The translations under genes and the position numbers were made by a program. Positions 1 through 9,170 of a stretch of DNA of 64,000 nucleotides are shown in pieces. The stretch covers positions 4,289 through 68,288 of the forward strand of contig CABXWC010000003.1 in NCBI GenBank assembly GCA_902515855.1, read 5' to 3'. Under the pieces are notes generated by a model. It worked only from the letters and a program-made list of their open reading frames with translations. It was not told the origin of the DNA and made no database searches. The stretch is from an uncultured SAR92 cluster bacterium (GTDB lineage Bacteria; Pseudomonadota; Gammaproteobacteria; Pseudomonadales; Porticoccaceae). Position 1 is the first letter of the stretch; each line of letters opens with the position of its first letter.

Positions 1-305
1 AATCCAAATAGTGGTGCAACGGCAATAAGGGTCTTAATCATCATCATGTTATTATCGATTTGCAGGGCAGCCTCTGAAATCACCTTCTCTCGAATTTGTA
101 GAGCGGTTTTTGATCTACGATCGTTCCTCCCAGACCACACATCTATCTTAATCCTAAGTACTCTAGGACAAGATTTCGTCAGATACCAAACCCGCTCAAA
201 AATGAGGGTCCACATAAAGAAGAGCAATATCACAATCATCCAGAGCACGTTACCTCCGGAGTCCATGAACTTACCCATTTCGGCAAGTGTATCAGCGAAA
301 AACAT
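1..305 (-). CDS. exbB: ExbB/TolQ-family proton-channel protein, N-terminal part (gene runs off the left edge)
   Basis: Reverse-strand ATG at 305-303, 3 nt after the stop of the upstream gene. My translation is MFFADTLAEMGKFMDSGGNVLWMIVILLFFMWTLIFERVWYL...MMMIKTLIAVAPLFG. It shows an N-terminal TM helix and the start of the conserved ExbB/TolQ APLxGLLGT segment. It is absent from the ORF track because it is truncated. Confidence 0.75.
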   Translation of the reverse strand, partial: MFFADTLAEMGKFMDSGGNVLWMIVILLFFMWTLIFERVWYLTKSCPRVLRIKIDVWSGRNDRRSKTALQIREKVISEAALQIDNNMMMIKTLIAVAPLFG

Positions 306-308
306 CGA

Positions 309-1676
309 TTATTTGCTCTCTAGAGAACTCGCTACTATACCCGCAGATTGTTCTTCCAAAACATGAAGTATCTTCTGCGCTTTACTATTCACAAGCGTAT
401 GCATTAATACGGTAGGTATTGCAACCACAAGACCCAAAACAGTTGTAATTAAAGCTTGAGAGATACCGCCAGCCATCGCTTTGGGATCTCCTGCTCCAAA
501 TAGTGTAATCATCTGGAAAGTGATAATCATTCCCGTTACGGTTCCTAACAATCCCATTAGGGGAGCAACCATAGATATTACTTTAAGATAATTGAGACCA
601 GACTCTATCTTTGGACGCTCCCTCAGCACCGCTTCATGTAGTTTTAACTCGAGAGATTCTGCATCAAGAGTAGCGTTTTCATCAGCTACTTTTAACACTC
701 GACCAAGCGGATTATTTTCATTTGCTTGTTGAGACTGTAACTGGGATTTAACTTTTGATGCGACGCCAGAGAGAATAACAAATCTAGTTATAGCCAAAAT
801 AATCGCTATAAAGAAAACGATAGTGATAATCAGGCCGACTATTCCACCAAACTGCCATCTTTCGTATAACGTCGGAGTGTTAATGAGTGCCTTCAGTAGA
901 CCTCCTCCCAAAGGACCACTGGGGTCTATGCCAACCTTAGTAAAGTCTGAGTCCGCAGATTGGAGATCCTCTGCGCCCCCACTATATCCCGATGGCTGTC
1001 TCGCTAATTCAGACACTAGACCAGTTTCCGGGCTGTATTCTAAATATTTGCCATCAGCTAAAAGGTTATATGTTCCAATTCTGACAACCTCCATCTCAGC
1101 CTGTGTGCCGTCTGCCATAAGAACATTTCTATTAAATTTGACAATTTTCGAACTTTCAATCATCTCGCGTTGATGCTCAAACCAAAGCTGCTCTATTTCT
1201 TCTATACTCGGCAGCCTTGTATCACTACTCATCTTGTCAATCAGCTCACTAAGAAACTCCGTCCTCCCCGTATACTGAGCACTAACAATAGATTGCTCGA
1301 GCTTCGCTCTAATATCGCCAGCGGCACCCGTAAGGTGGCCAAAAAGTTCTTTCAGAGAACCGAGTCTCTTATCCTTTTGTTCTCTCAATTTTGCGATTTG
1401 AATATCGTTATCTCGGATATTTTTCTCTAATCGATCAGAACGTCTCTCCTCTGCAGCTTCTGTATCCCTTGCTTGTTTGAGAAGACCGGCCTGTTTTCTT
1501 TGATCACGAACAAAATCTGATTCTCTCTTTTTGGATTCAGCGGTCTCAGAAATAGCAGAGCTCTCTATCATGTCAAGCAACTCATCCAGTGTTTTTGCCT
1601 CTTGCGCAGTTACCGAGATGCAACAGAACAAAACTAGTAATGACGTAACTCCTCGAATTATCTTGAAGATTTTCAT
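309..1676 (-). CDS. Large MotA/TolQ/ExbB-family protein (TtpC-like component of TonB2-type systems)
   Basis: 455 aa with a signal-like N-terminus, a long charged coiled-coil region and a C-terminal MotA/ExbB channel domain (VAPLMGLLGTVTGMI, GGISQALITTVLGL). Its size and its position between a DUF3450-like gene and exbB match Vibrio TonB2 clusters. Confidence 0.8.
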   Translation of the reverse strand: MKIFKIIRGVTSLLVLFCCISVTAQEAKTLDELLDMIESSAISETAESKKRESDFVRDQRKQAGLLKQARDTEAAEERRSDRLEKNIRDNDIQIAKLREQKDKRLGSLKELFGHLTGAAGDIRAKLEQSIVSAQYTGRTEFLSELIDKMSSDTRLPSIEEIEQLWFEHQREMIESSKIVKFNRNVLMADGTQAEMEVVRIGTYNLLADGKYLEYSPETGLVSELARQPSGYSGGAEDLQSADSDFTKVGIDPSGPLGGGLLKALINTPTLYERWQFGGIVGLIITIVFFIAIILAITRFVILSGVASKVKSQLQSQQANENNPLGRVLKVADENATLDAESLELKLHEAVLRERPKIESGLNYLKVISMVAPLMGLLGTVTGMIITFQMITLFGAGDPKAMAGGISQALITTVLGLVVAIPTVLMHTLVNSKAQKILHVLEEQSAGIVASSLESK

Positions 1677-2494
1677 TGTGCTACCTCCGGAGCCGTAATC
1701 GGCATCTCCATCACGTCTTGAGTATTAATCTTTCTGGCTATTCTGATTCCTTGGTCAATCGGACGACGATATTCGGAATCCAATTCCTCCCATGACCCAG
1801 TCTGTTTATTCCAAGCTCCAGATTGTGACTTATCTTTGGTTTGATACATTAAAGCTACCCTGCCAACTCTGAGCATATCAACTTCAACCCCAGACCCGTC
1901 TGAATTGATATCTATTAAATCTCGATAAGATTCAATAGATAAACTATAGTCTGATTCAATATCATAAAGCTCGAGTATCTGACGGAATTTTTCAGCTGCA
2001 GAAAACTTTGCGCTATCTAAGTTAATTTCTAAATCCGAAACTGCTTCTAATCGGTCTGCTTTTTTAAACGGCATATCCAACTGAATAAAATCTTCCAAAC
2101 TTGCGAGCATAGAAATCATTAATGGCGTGACACCTCTCTCAATGACCGTTGCATTAGATATAGACTCTTTCAACTCAGCCATGATTCTTTTTTGACTGGC
2201 AATCTGTCTCTCTAGTTGAGAGTTGTAGACTCTCAAGTTCTCTATTTGCTTGTTAACTTGCTTAAATTCTTGAAGTAACGAATCAGTTTGATCTGCTATT
2301 CGATCAACAGTAACTTGTGATTTCTTGGCACTCTCCACTTTCTTTGCGCCTGCCGAAAGAATATCACTCACTTTTACTTCTGGAGTTATCGTGATTTGTT
2401 CAGATTGCATCTCATCAGAATAAATCTGGAAGCTCGCCAATGCGCCTACTAATAAAAGCGGCGATATTAAAATGTTAAAACCTTGTCTTTTCAT
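1673..2494 (-). CDS. DUF3450-family periplasmic coiled-coil protein (TtpB-like)
   Basis: 273 aa with a signal peptide and heptad-rich sequence. Its stop overlaps the next gene's start by 4 nt (ATGA at 1673-1676). This is the canonical first gene of TonB2-type clusters. Confidence 0.65.
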   Translation of the reverse strand: MKRQGFNILISPLLLVGALASFQIYSDEMQSEQITITPEVKVSDILSAGAKKVESAKKSQVTVDRIADQTDSLLQEFKQVNKQIENLRVYNSQLERQIASQKRIMAELKESISNATVIERGVTPLMISMLASLEDFIQLDMPFKKADRLEAVSDLEINLDSAKFSAAEKFRQILELYDIESDYSLSIESYRDLIDINSDGSGVEVDMLRVGRVALMYQTKDKSQSGAWNKQTGSWEELDSEYRRPIDQGIRIARKINTQDVMEMPITAPEVAQ

Positions 2495-2744
2495 GAGTCC
2501 CTCAATAATGGATTTAAGGATATTGCCGTAACGTTATTTTTATTTATATTTAATCCTGGGCCGTTCTTTTTATCAGTCTATTCAAAAAAAATCAATGTCT
2601 TTAGTCTTAACACTTGAATCCACGGACCTTTAATCGGTTAATAAGGTAACATGCCGTAGCAAAGTTTTATACCCCATTTTGCAATAACTAGACTAGATTT
2701 TGTTAATATCTAATCAATTAATGGACAATAAAGAGCATCATCAA

Positions 2745-3245
2745 TCATTGAGATTTTTCAAGTGTTAAAAATTGATATGTAAGTCCATTTTCATGCATAT
2801 CATCTGAAACAGATCTTTCAACCCAAATATTTTTATCCAAAGCTGGAAAGAATGCATCTCCATTGATATTAGTATCCACCAATGTCAAATATATTCTTGA
2901 AACACTTCTGAAAAACATACGATAGATTTGTTCCCCGCCGATAATCATAATCTCATCACATTGCCTTTTTTTTGCGAATCCCTCAGCGAGGTCTAAAGCT
3001 CTATCTTGATTATTCGCTAAAAAGATATTTTCTTTATTTATTTCTGCGTTACGACTCAAAACAATATTATCTCGCTCTGGTAAAGGTCTGCCAATAGAAT
3101 CAAAAGTGTTCCTGCCCATTATGATTGGCTTGTTGAGTGAAAGTTTTTTAAAGTTTTTTAAATCCTCAGGAAGATGCCACGGTAGCTCGTTATTCACACC
3201 GATTGCATTATTTCTCGACATTGCAACAATGATTGATAATCTCAT
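2745..3245 (-). CDS. folA: Dihydrofolate reductase
   Basis: 166 aa. [58 protein letters not shown] is a typical type-I DHFR N-terminus. Its start shares one nucleotide with the thyA stop (TAATG). Confidence 0.9.
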   Translation of the reverse strand: MRLSIIVAMSRNNAIGVNNELPWHLPEDLKNFKKLSLNKPIIMGRNTFDSIGRPLPERDNIVLSRNAEINKENIFLANNQDRALDLAEGFAKKRQCDEIMIIGGEQIYRMFFRSVSRIYLTLVDTNINGDAFFPALDKNIWVERSVSDDMHENGLTYQFLTLEKSQ

Positions 3246-4150
3246 TAAACAGCCACTGGTGCCGGTATCGCAGGATGATGCTGATAATTCCTTAACTCAA
3301 AATCTTCATACAAAAAGTCAAATAAATTAGCTACCTCATCGTTGATAATCAGGTTCGGGAGAGGATATGAATCTCTCGATAATTGTTCATTGACTTGGTC
3401 AAAATGATTTAAATATAAATGAGCATCTCCAAAAGTATGAACAAAATCGCCTGGCTCAAACCCAGTAACTTTGGCAATCATGAATGTTAATAATGCGTAA
3501 GATGCAATATTGAAAGGCACACCCAAAAAAACGTCTGCACTCCTTTGATAGAGCTGACAACTTAACTTTCCATCTGCTACGTAAAACTGGAATAACGTGT
3601 GACATGGTGGTAACCCAGATTTCACCATAACTGGTATATCTTCAGGATTCCAAGCAGATATGATTAGCCTTCTTGAATGAGCATTATTATTTAAATCATC
3701 GATCAGCTGAGCGAGTTGATCGACACCACCGAAATTGCGCCATTGCCTTCCATAAACTGGACCTAAATCTCCATATTTGGATGCAAATTCGTCATCTCCT
3801 TTAATTTTTTCAACAAACTCCTTCATGTTCGCACGCCATTCCGGAGAATAAGTTTGATATTTAACATTCTGACCCGTTTCTTTCAGCCAATTTTGATAAG
3901 GCCAATCATTCCATATATTTACACCATTGCTTACCAAATACCGGATATTCGTATCACCTCTGATGAACCACAATAATTCGTGCAAAATACTCTTGAAATG
4001 AACGCGTTTCGTTGTAAGTAGCGGAAATCCATCTGACAAATTAAACCGCATTTGATATCCAAAAATACTTCTTGTCCCGACACCAGTTCTGTCCATTTTT
4101 TCTACACCATTATCTAAAATGAACTTCATTAAATTATGATATTGAATCAA
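3245..4150 (-). CDS. thyA: Thymidylate synthase (ThyA, long form with about 40-aa insert)
   Basis: 301 aa with DRTGVGT, PPCH (catalytic Cys), [20 protein letters not shown] and a C-terminal PAPVAV. It has an insert between IWNDW and [10 protein letters not shown], at the position of the Lactobacillus casei-type insertion. Confidence 0.95.
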   Translation of the reverse strand: MIQYHNLMKFILDNGVEKMDRTGVGTRSIFGYQMRFNLSDGFPLLTTKRVHFKSILHELLWFIRGDTNIRYLVSNGVNIWNDWPYQNWLKETGQNVKYQTYSPEWRANMKEFVEKIKGDDEFASKYGDLGPVYGRQWRNFGGVDQLAQLIDDLNNNAHSRRLIISAWNPEDIPVMVKSGLPPCHTLFQFYVADGKLSCQLYQRSADVFLGVPFNIASYALLTFMIAKVTGFEPGDFVHTFGDAHLYLNHFDQVNEQLSRDSYPLPNLIINDEVANLFDFLYEDFELRNYQHHPAIPAPVAV

Positions 4151-4156
4151 TTTGGG

Positions 4157-4963
4157 TCACCTTTTGATGAAATTTATTAGATAATCTCGCAAAAACAATA
4201 CACCTAAAAAGATCATTGGAACGCATAGCCATTGTCCTCGAGTCATCCATTCGAGCGAAGAGATCATTGCCTCTTGATTCAAAAATTGAGCATCAGGCTG
4301 CCGCACAAATTCAACAACGAATCTAAATGATCCATAGAAAACTAAAAATATTCCAGCGATTTGCCCTTTAGGGCGAGGCTTTCGTGCAAACAAGTTGACA
4401 ATAACAAAAAGGACTAGCCCTTCGAGAAAAGCTTCATACAATTGAGACGGATGCCGTGGCAATTTAAATGGATCTGCAGGGAAAATCATTGCCCAAGGCA
4501 CTTCGGTAATCCGTCCATACAGCTCTTGATTGATAAAATTACCAATCCTTCCAAAAAACAAACCTGCTGGCACAAGAGGAGCTACGAAATCACCCAAGCT
4601 TAAAAAATCAATCTTATTGGCGCGACTGTATAAAAAGATTACTGCAGTAACACCTATCAATCCTCCATGAAAGGACATACCTCCTTCCCAAATTCGTAAG
4701 ATGAGAAGTGGATCGGCCATCCACCTGTCTACGCTGTAAAAAAGTACGTATCCGATTCTTCCTCCCAAGACTACTCCCATTACACCGTATGCAATCAGAT
4801 CTTCTACCTTACTTTTTTGTATTGGAGACCAGGGTCTCTGACTATTTCGCTTGGCTAATATTATCGCGACGATAAACCCGGATAAATACGCAAGGCCATA
4901 CCACCTTATGGGGAGAGGGCCAACGGAAATTGCTATAGGATCAATATTTGGGAAATGAAGCAA
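4157..4963 (-). CDS. lgt: Prolipoprotein diacylglyceryl transferase
   Basis: 268 aa polytopic membrane protein with IRWYGLAYL, GGRIGYVLFY, FHGGLIG and GRIGNFINQELYG motifs. It sits 6 nt upstream of thyA, as in the E. coli lgt-thyA operon. Confidence 0.9.
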   Translation of the reverse strand: MLHFPNIDPIAISVGPLPIRWYGLAYLSGFIVAIILAKRNSQRPWSPIQKSKVEDLIAYGVMGVVLGGRIGYVLFYSVDRWMADPLLILRIWEGGMSFHGGLIGVTAVIFLYSRANKIDFLSLGDFVAPLVPAGLFFGRIGNFINQELYGRITEVPWAMIFPADPFKLPRHPSQLYEAFLEGLVLFVIVNLFARKPRPKGQIAGIFLVFYGSFRFVVEFVRQPDAQFLNQEAMISSLEWMTRGQWLCVPMIFLGVLFLRDYLINFIKR

Positions 4964-5065
4964 ATAACTGTCTCTTTTATCTGTTTAATTTTCAGTAAAG
5001 CAAATGTAAAACTAAAAAGCTTAAAGTTGCCATTACAACACTCTATTGAATGTGTTTGGAAAAAT

Positions 5066-5566
5066 CTATTCACTTAGCCTTCTTTCCATATCCATATTCA
5101 ACTTTGCGAACTCTCGGAGCGCTTGCTGATATACTTTTTTCTTAAAAGATATTACCGCAGAAATTGGGTACCAATAGTTAACCCACTGCCATTCGTCAAA
5201 TTCTGGACTCGATGTTAAGTCAAGCTTGATATTGGATTCATCAGAAACTAACTTTAAATAAAACCATTTCTGTTTTTGCCCTATGCAGACTGGCTTCGAA
5301 CGCTTTCTTTGTAAGTTCGGAGGAATTTTATATTTAAACCACTGGCTGGATTGTTTCAAAATCTCAACATCTTTTTGGTCAAGACCAATTTCTTCTTTTA
5401 GCTCCCTAAAAAGGGCATCTTTTGGCGCTTCGTCTCCATCAATACCTCCCTGAGGGAACTGCCATGAATTTTGACCTATCCTCTTTGCCAAAAGAACCTT
5501 GCCGCAGCCATTGCTCACTATCATGGCAATATTCGATCTAAATCCATTTTTATCAAGCACACCCAT
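5066..5566 (-). CDS. rppH: RNA pyrophosphohydrolase (Nudix)
   Basis: 166 aa that aligns by eye with E. coli RppH along its whole length (SWQFPQGGI, Nudix box REL-EE-G, KPVCIGQKQKWF, PEFD-W-WV-YWYP). Confidence 0.9.
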   Translation of the reverse strand: MGVLDKNGFRSNIAMIVSNGCGKVLLAKRIGQNSWQFPQGGIDGDEAPKDALFRELKEEIGLDQKDVEILKQSSQWFKYKIPPNLQRKRSKPVCIGQKQKWFYLKLVSDESNIKLDLTSSPEFDEWQWVNYWYPISAVISFKKKVYQQALREFAKLNMDMERRLSE

Positions 5567-5721
5567 ACCCCTTGCTGCTTAAAAATTAATAAGTTGCAGT
5601 ATATAGCATGCGTTAATTTGGGGAGAGAAGTTTATTGAAATAATAGATATAAAGATGCTGCACTTGGAATGTATAGTTATTTGAACAAGGGTTTTGAAAT
5701 GTTTTAGTCAAATTCATGTCC

Positions 5722-6138
5722 TCACTCGCTGAAAATTAACTTTGATCTCATCGACTTTTTTCTTGAATTCAATGCCTTGTCGTCAAGCCTTTTTTGAATT
5801 TGCCTACCTGAAGGTTGCCGCGGTTTTCTTTGCTTCGTTATTAGTAAATGCCGATCAATTAACTTTAATAACCTTTCGAATGCATCTTTAGAATTTTGTT
5901 CTTTGGTCCTGAAACGCTGAGCCTTAATAACCAGCACCCCTTCCTTACTTATTCTTCTATCGGCACTATTGAGGATTTTCTCTTTCAAATATCTTGGTAT
6001 TGACGATTTATTAAGGTTAAATCTCAAATGAATTCCTGATGAAACTTTATTGACATTTTGCCCTCCAGGCCCAGATGATCTAATTGCAAAGGTTTGTACT
6101 TCTGTTTTCAGTAATTTTGCAAATCTATGACTTTTCAT
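5722..6138 (-). CDS. arfB: Alternative ribosome-rescue factor ArfB (peptidyl-tRNA hydrolase, GGQ)
   Basis: 138 aa with the GGQ motif (SSGPGGQNVNKV) and a basic C-terminal tail, the same architecture as E. coli YaeJ/ArfB. Confidence 0.85.
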   Translation of the reverse strand: MKSHRFAKLLKTEVQTFAIRSSGPGGQNVNKVSSGIHLRFNLNKSSIPRYLKEKILNSADRRISKEGVLVIKAQRFRTKEQNSKDAFERLLKLIDRHLLITKQRKPRQPSGRQIQKRLDDKALNSRKKSMRSKLIFSE

Positions 6139-6352
6139 CTGCTTTATTTACTAACTTAAATCGAGGTATTGTTTTCCCTGAAACATTAATCATTTCTCCA
6201 AACATCGTAAGCGGCCTTGCCCAAAAGCCTCTCTCTCCATAAAGAGCCTGGTAGAAGACTAATTGCTCTCCGGTCTCGCTGTGTGTTGCCTGACCAATAA
6301 CAGAATAAAGGTTGCCCTTGTAATGTTGGTAAATACCTCTCTCTACTTCCAT
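6125..6352 (-). CDS. DUF1653-family small protein
   Basis: [45 protein letters not shown] is the DUF1653 signature. I chose the internal ATG (MEVERG, 6352-6350) because the track start at 6388 would overlap the upstream FAH gene. The 3' end overlaps arfB by 14 nt. Confidence 0.6.
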   Translation of the reverse strand: [75 protein letters not shown]

Positions 6353-6363
6353 TTTAAATAATC

Positions 6364-7032
6364 TTATTTCACAGCAACAGTGGTACAAACATCCAAAAAA
6401 CCAGGAATTTCTGCAAGCAATGTATCATTGTTCTGAAGAGCTCCGACACCTGACGGCGTACCTGTTAAAAAGATATCGCCAGGCAAAAAAGTAAAAAATC
6501 TACTCGCGTAACAAATCAATTCAGAAATCTTCCAAATCATATTTGATGTATTTGCAGATTGTTGTATCTGACCATTTTTGTGCATTTTGAAACAAATATT
6601 ATCAAGATCATAAAATTTGTTAGCTGAAATAAAAGCTGAAGTAGGGCAAGCATTATCAAAAGCTTTAGCTTTCTCCCAAGGGAGTCCTTGTGATTTTAAT
6701 TCTGTCTGCAAATCTCTGTATGTAAGATCAAGACTTAAGCCAATTCCTGCGATGGCATTTACTGCTTCGCGTTTGGAGCATCCTGTTAATTTCTTACCAA
6801 TCAACAGTGATAGCTCGGTTTCAAAATGGCACGCTCCAAAAGATTTATATATCGTTATTTGCTCTGAGAAAGGGGAAAGCGAAGTAGATGGTTTTAAAAA
6901 TAATATGGGCTCATCAAGAATTTTATTTTCAAGCTCACTAACATGTTCGGCAAAATTTCTCCCAACACAGACAATCTTTCCCAAGGGGAGTGCAGCGTCG
7001 CTACTATCTATTTGATGATTATATGACCCCAT
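6364..7032 (-). CDS. Fumarylacetoacetate hydrolase-family protein (YcgM-like)
   Basis: 222 aa. KIVCVGRNFAEH, FLKPSTSL, ELSLLIGK and GDIFLTGTPSGVG are typical of the FAH fold. Confidence 0.8.
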   Translation of the reverse strand: MGSYNHQIDSSDAALPLGKIVCVGRNFAEHVSELENKILDEPILFLKPSTSLSPFSEQITIYKSFGACHFETELSLLIGKKLTGCSKREAVNAIAGIGLSLDLTYRDLQTELKSQGLPWEKAKAFDNACPTSAFISANKFYDLDNICFKMHKNGQIQQSANTSNMIWKISELICYASRFFTFLPGDIFLTGTPSGVGALQNNDTLLAEIPGFLDVCTTVAVK

Positions 7033-7065
7033 AAGGAAATATCTTCTAACTTGACTCAGCTGAAA

Positions 7066-8445
7066 TTATAAGAGCTTCCCGGGATTCAATATACCTTTTG
7101 GATCAAACACTTTTTTTACTTCTGCCATCAAACTTATCTCTCCTGAAGACTTTGAAAATTTGAGATAATCCCTCTTTAAAATACCAACTCCGTGTTCTGC
7201 ACTAATACTTCCATCAAAACTTTCAACAAGCTGTCCTAGGTTCATTGAAATATCATCGCATAGAGATTTAAATTCAGACTTATTTAATGCTGCCGGCTTC
7301 AATATATTTAAATGTAAATTACCATCACCAATATGGCCATACCAAATTACCTCAAAATTTGGATAACTCTTTTTAATAAAACTATCAACTTCATCCAAAA
7401 ATTTGGGCATTTTAGATATTCTCACAGAAAGATCATTCTTGTAAGGCTGATAATGCCAAAGGGTTTCAGAAATATCTTCTCTCAATTTCCACATGTTTTG
7501 AGACTGCGCAATGCTCTCGCTCATTACACCATCTAAAACGAGTTTTTTATCCACGCATTCTGAGTACAATTTTAAAGCGTCATCCTGCGATGTGTTGTCT
7601 TGATTATCAAAATCTATTAGCGCATAAAATGGTGCGTAAGTTTCAAATGGCTTTGGGTATCCATGAACTTCTATAACTTTCTCTAACGCATGATCACTGA
7701 AAAATTCAAATGCTTGTAAGGATAATTTTGACTGAAATATTTTTAGCACCTCCAGCAAATCTTCAAACTTTGAAACGCCTAGAATAAAAACAGATGAGGG
7801 TGGTGGAGGCTCGGTCAGCTTGAGTGTCACTTTACAAATAATTCCAAGCGTTCCTTCAGACCCGATAAAAAGATGACGAAAATCATACCCTGTATTATTT
7901 TTAATGAGGGATTTGTTCAGCTCTAAAAGCTCCCCAGATCCAGTAACTGCGGTAATACCTAACACCCAGTCTCTGGTCATTCCATACTTAATAACGTTCA
8001 CTCCGCCAGCATTTGTAGCAACATTCCCACCAATTTGACTCGATCCTACAGAAGCAAAATTAACTGGATAAAAGAGTCCATTTTTAGTCGCTACCTCTTG
8101 AACTTCTTGAGTTGTCGCACCAGCTTCGACGGTCACTGTGCAATCATTTAAGTTCACATCAAAGATACTATTCATCTTATTCATTGAAAGAACTATTTCA
8201 GATTTTGAGGCTACAGCTCCTCCACTCAGTCCAGTTCGACCCCCAGACGGTACGATTGGGATCTCAAATTCGTTAGCCAAAAAAATAACTTTCTGAACCT
8301 GATCAATGGATGTTGGAAATACTATCACTCGAGGATTCGAGCAATAAATATTTGTTCGATCCAAACCAAATTTGTCTAAATCCGCTTGTTCAATACTGAC
8401 ATTTTTTGGTCCGACTATCGACTCAAGTCTTGAAAATATATTCAC
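7066..8445 (-). CDS. FAD-linked oxidase (GlcD / D-2-hydroxyglutarate dehydrogenase-like)
   Basis: 459 aa with an N-terminal FAD_binding_4 pattern (VPSGGRTGLSGGAV, GGNVATNAGG) and a C-terminal FAD-oxidase domain (SAEHGVG, DPKGILNPGK). Confidence 0.75.
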   Translation of the reverse strand: MNIFSRLESIVGPKNVSIEQADLDKFGLDRTNIYCSNPRVIVFPTSIDQVQKVIFLANEFEIPIVPSGGRTGLSGGAVASKSEIVLSMNKMNSIFDVNLNDCTVTVEAGATTQEVQEVATKNGLFYPVNFASVGSSQIGGNVATNAGGVNVIKYGMTRDWVLGITAVTGSGELLELNKSLIKNNTGYDFRHLFIGSEGTLGIICKVTLKLTEPPPPSSVFILGVSKFEDLLEVLKIFQSKLSLQAFEFFSDHALEKVIEVHGYPKPFETYAPFYALIDFDNQDNTSQDDALKLYSECVDKKLVLDGVMSESIAQSQNMWKLREDISETLWHYQPYKNDLSVRISKMPKFLDEVDSFIKKSYPNFEVIWYGHIGDGNLHLNILKPAALNKSEFKSLCDDISMNLGQLVESFDGSISAEHGVGILKRDYLKFSKSSGEISLMAEVKKVFDPKGILNPGKLL

Positions 8446-8721
8446 CGCACCGCTCTTAAATTAATGAAACAATCAATATAAAATATCGTATTCATTCAGG
8501 CCACAATAATAAATCAAACACCATGAACAAGCACTAGAAGTCTCACTCCCAAACACGGTTTTAAAACAAAATTGGCCAAATCAGTAAAAAAACAATAAAA
8601 TGCAGGTTCCACGACGAATTCGTGGTGCTTCTTCGTAGCGCAATTATGAAGAAATATGGCTGGCCCGTGAAAAGGCTGGAATTTTTTAACGCCTTTAACG
8701 GTATAGATAAGTGAGGTAATT

Positions 8722-8934
8722 ATGTCAGGGGAAAGAGTTTCTGGCACTGTAAAGTGGTTTAACGATAGTAAGGGATTTGGATTTATTGAGCAGGAAGGAG
8801 CTAACGATGTTTTTGTTCATCACAGCGCAATTCAGGCAGATGGCTTTAAGTCTTTAAAAGAAGGGCAAAAAGTTACGATGGAAGTGACTGAGGGAGACAA
8901 AGGCCTTCAAGCTGAGAATGTAATAGCTGACTAG
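8722..8934 (+). CDS. Cold-shock protein (CspA family)
   Basis: 70 aa. [15 protein letters not shown] (RNP1) and VFVHHSAI (RNP2). AAGTGAGG lies 6 nt before the ATG. Confidence 0.9.
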   Translation: MSGERVSGTVKWFNDSKGFGFIEQEGANDVFVHHSAIQADGFKSLKEGQKVTMEVTEGDKGLQAENVIAD

Positions 8935-8946
8935 TAAAAAATTCTC

Positions 8947-8977
8947 AAAAAAAACCCCGATTAATTCGGGGTTTTTT
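8947..8977. terminator. Bidirectional intrinsic terminator between the csp gene and rpmG
   Basis: Stem CCCCGA (8955-8960) / TCGGGG (8966-8971) with loop TTAAT, flanked by an A-run (8947-8954) and a T-run (8972-8977). It lies between convergent genes. Confidence 0.8.
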
Positions 8978-8993
8978 ATTTACAAGCAAAAAA

Positions 8994-9161
8994 CTACTTT
9001 ATTTTAGCTTCTTTATAAACCACGTGCTTACGCACTTTCGGGTCATATTTTTTTATTTCCATCTTCTCAGGCATATTTCTTTTATTCTTGTCAGTTGTGT
9101 AAAAGTGTCCTGTGCCTGCACTGGAAACTAATCGAATTTTTTCTCTTGCCGACTTAGCCAT
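8994..9161 (-). CDS. rpmG: 50S ribosomal protein L33
   Basis: Not in the ORF track (55 aa). My translation is [55 protein letters not shown]. It lies directly downstream of rpmB, as in the conserved rpmBG operon. Confidence 0.9.
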   Translation of the reverse strand: MAKSAREKIRLVSSAGTGHFYTTDKNKRNMPEKMEIKKYDPKVRKHVVYKEAKIK

Positions 9162-9170
9162 AAATATCCC

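Noticed and set aside
46-366. 106-aa + strand ORF at the left edge
   Set aside because: It is entirely antisense to the exbB fragment and the 3' end of the TtpC-like gene. It has no recognisable motifs, and the minus-strand reading gives clear ExbB sequence.
823-1430. Two + strand ORFs (116 aa and 86 aa) inside the TtpC-like gene
   Set aside because: They are antisense shadows of a well-supported CDS, with low-complexity, Pro/Ser-rich translations.
2495-2744. Looked for a Fur box upstream of the TonB2-type cluster
   Set aside because: I saw only weak AT-rich partial matches (e.g. CAATAATGGATTT) and nothing close to GATAATGATAATCATTATC. It needs a matrix scan, so I did not call a feature.
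6617-7015. 132-aa + strand ORF
   Set aside because: It is antisense to the FAH-family gene, whose translation has clear family motifs. There is no independent support.
8514-8747. 77-aa minus-strand ORF in the csp upstream region
   Set aside because: It overlaps the csp start codon and leader. It has no Shine-Dalgarno sequence and no recognisable family. The region is better explained as the csp promoter and 5' UTR.
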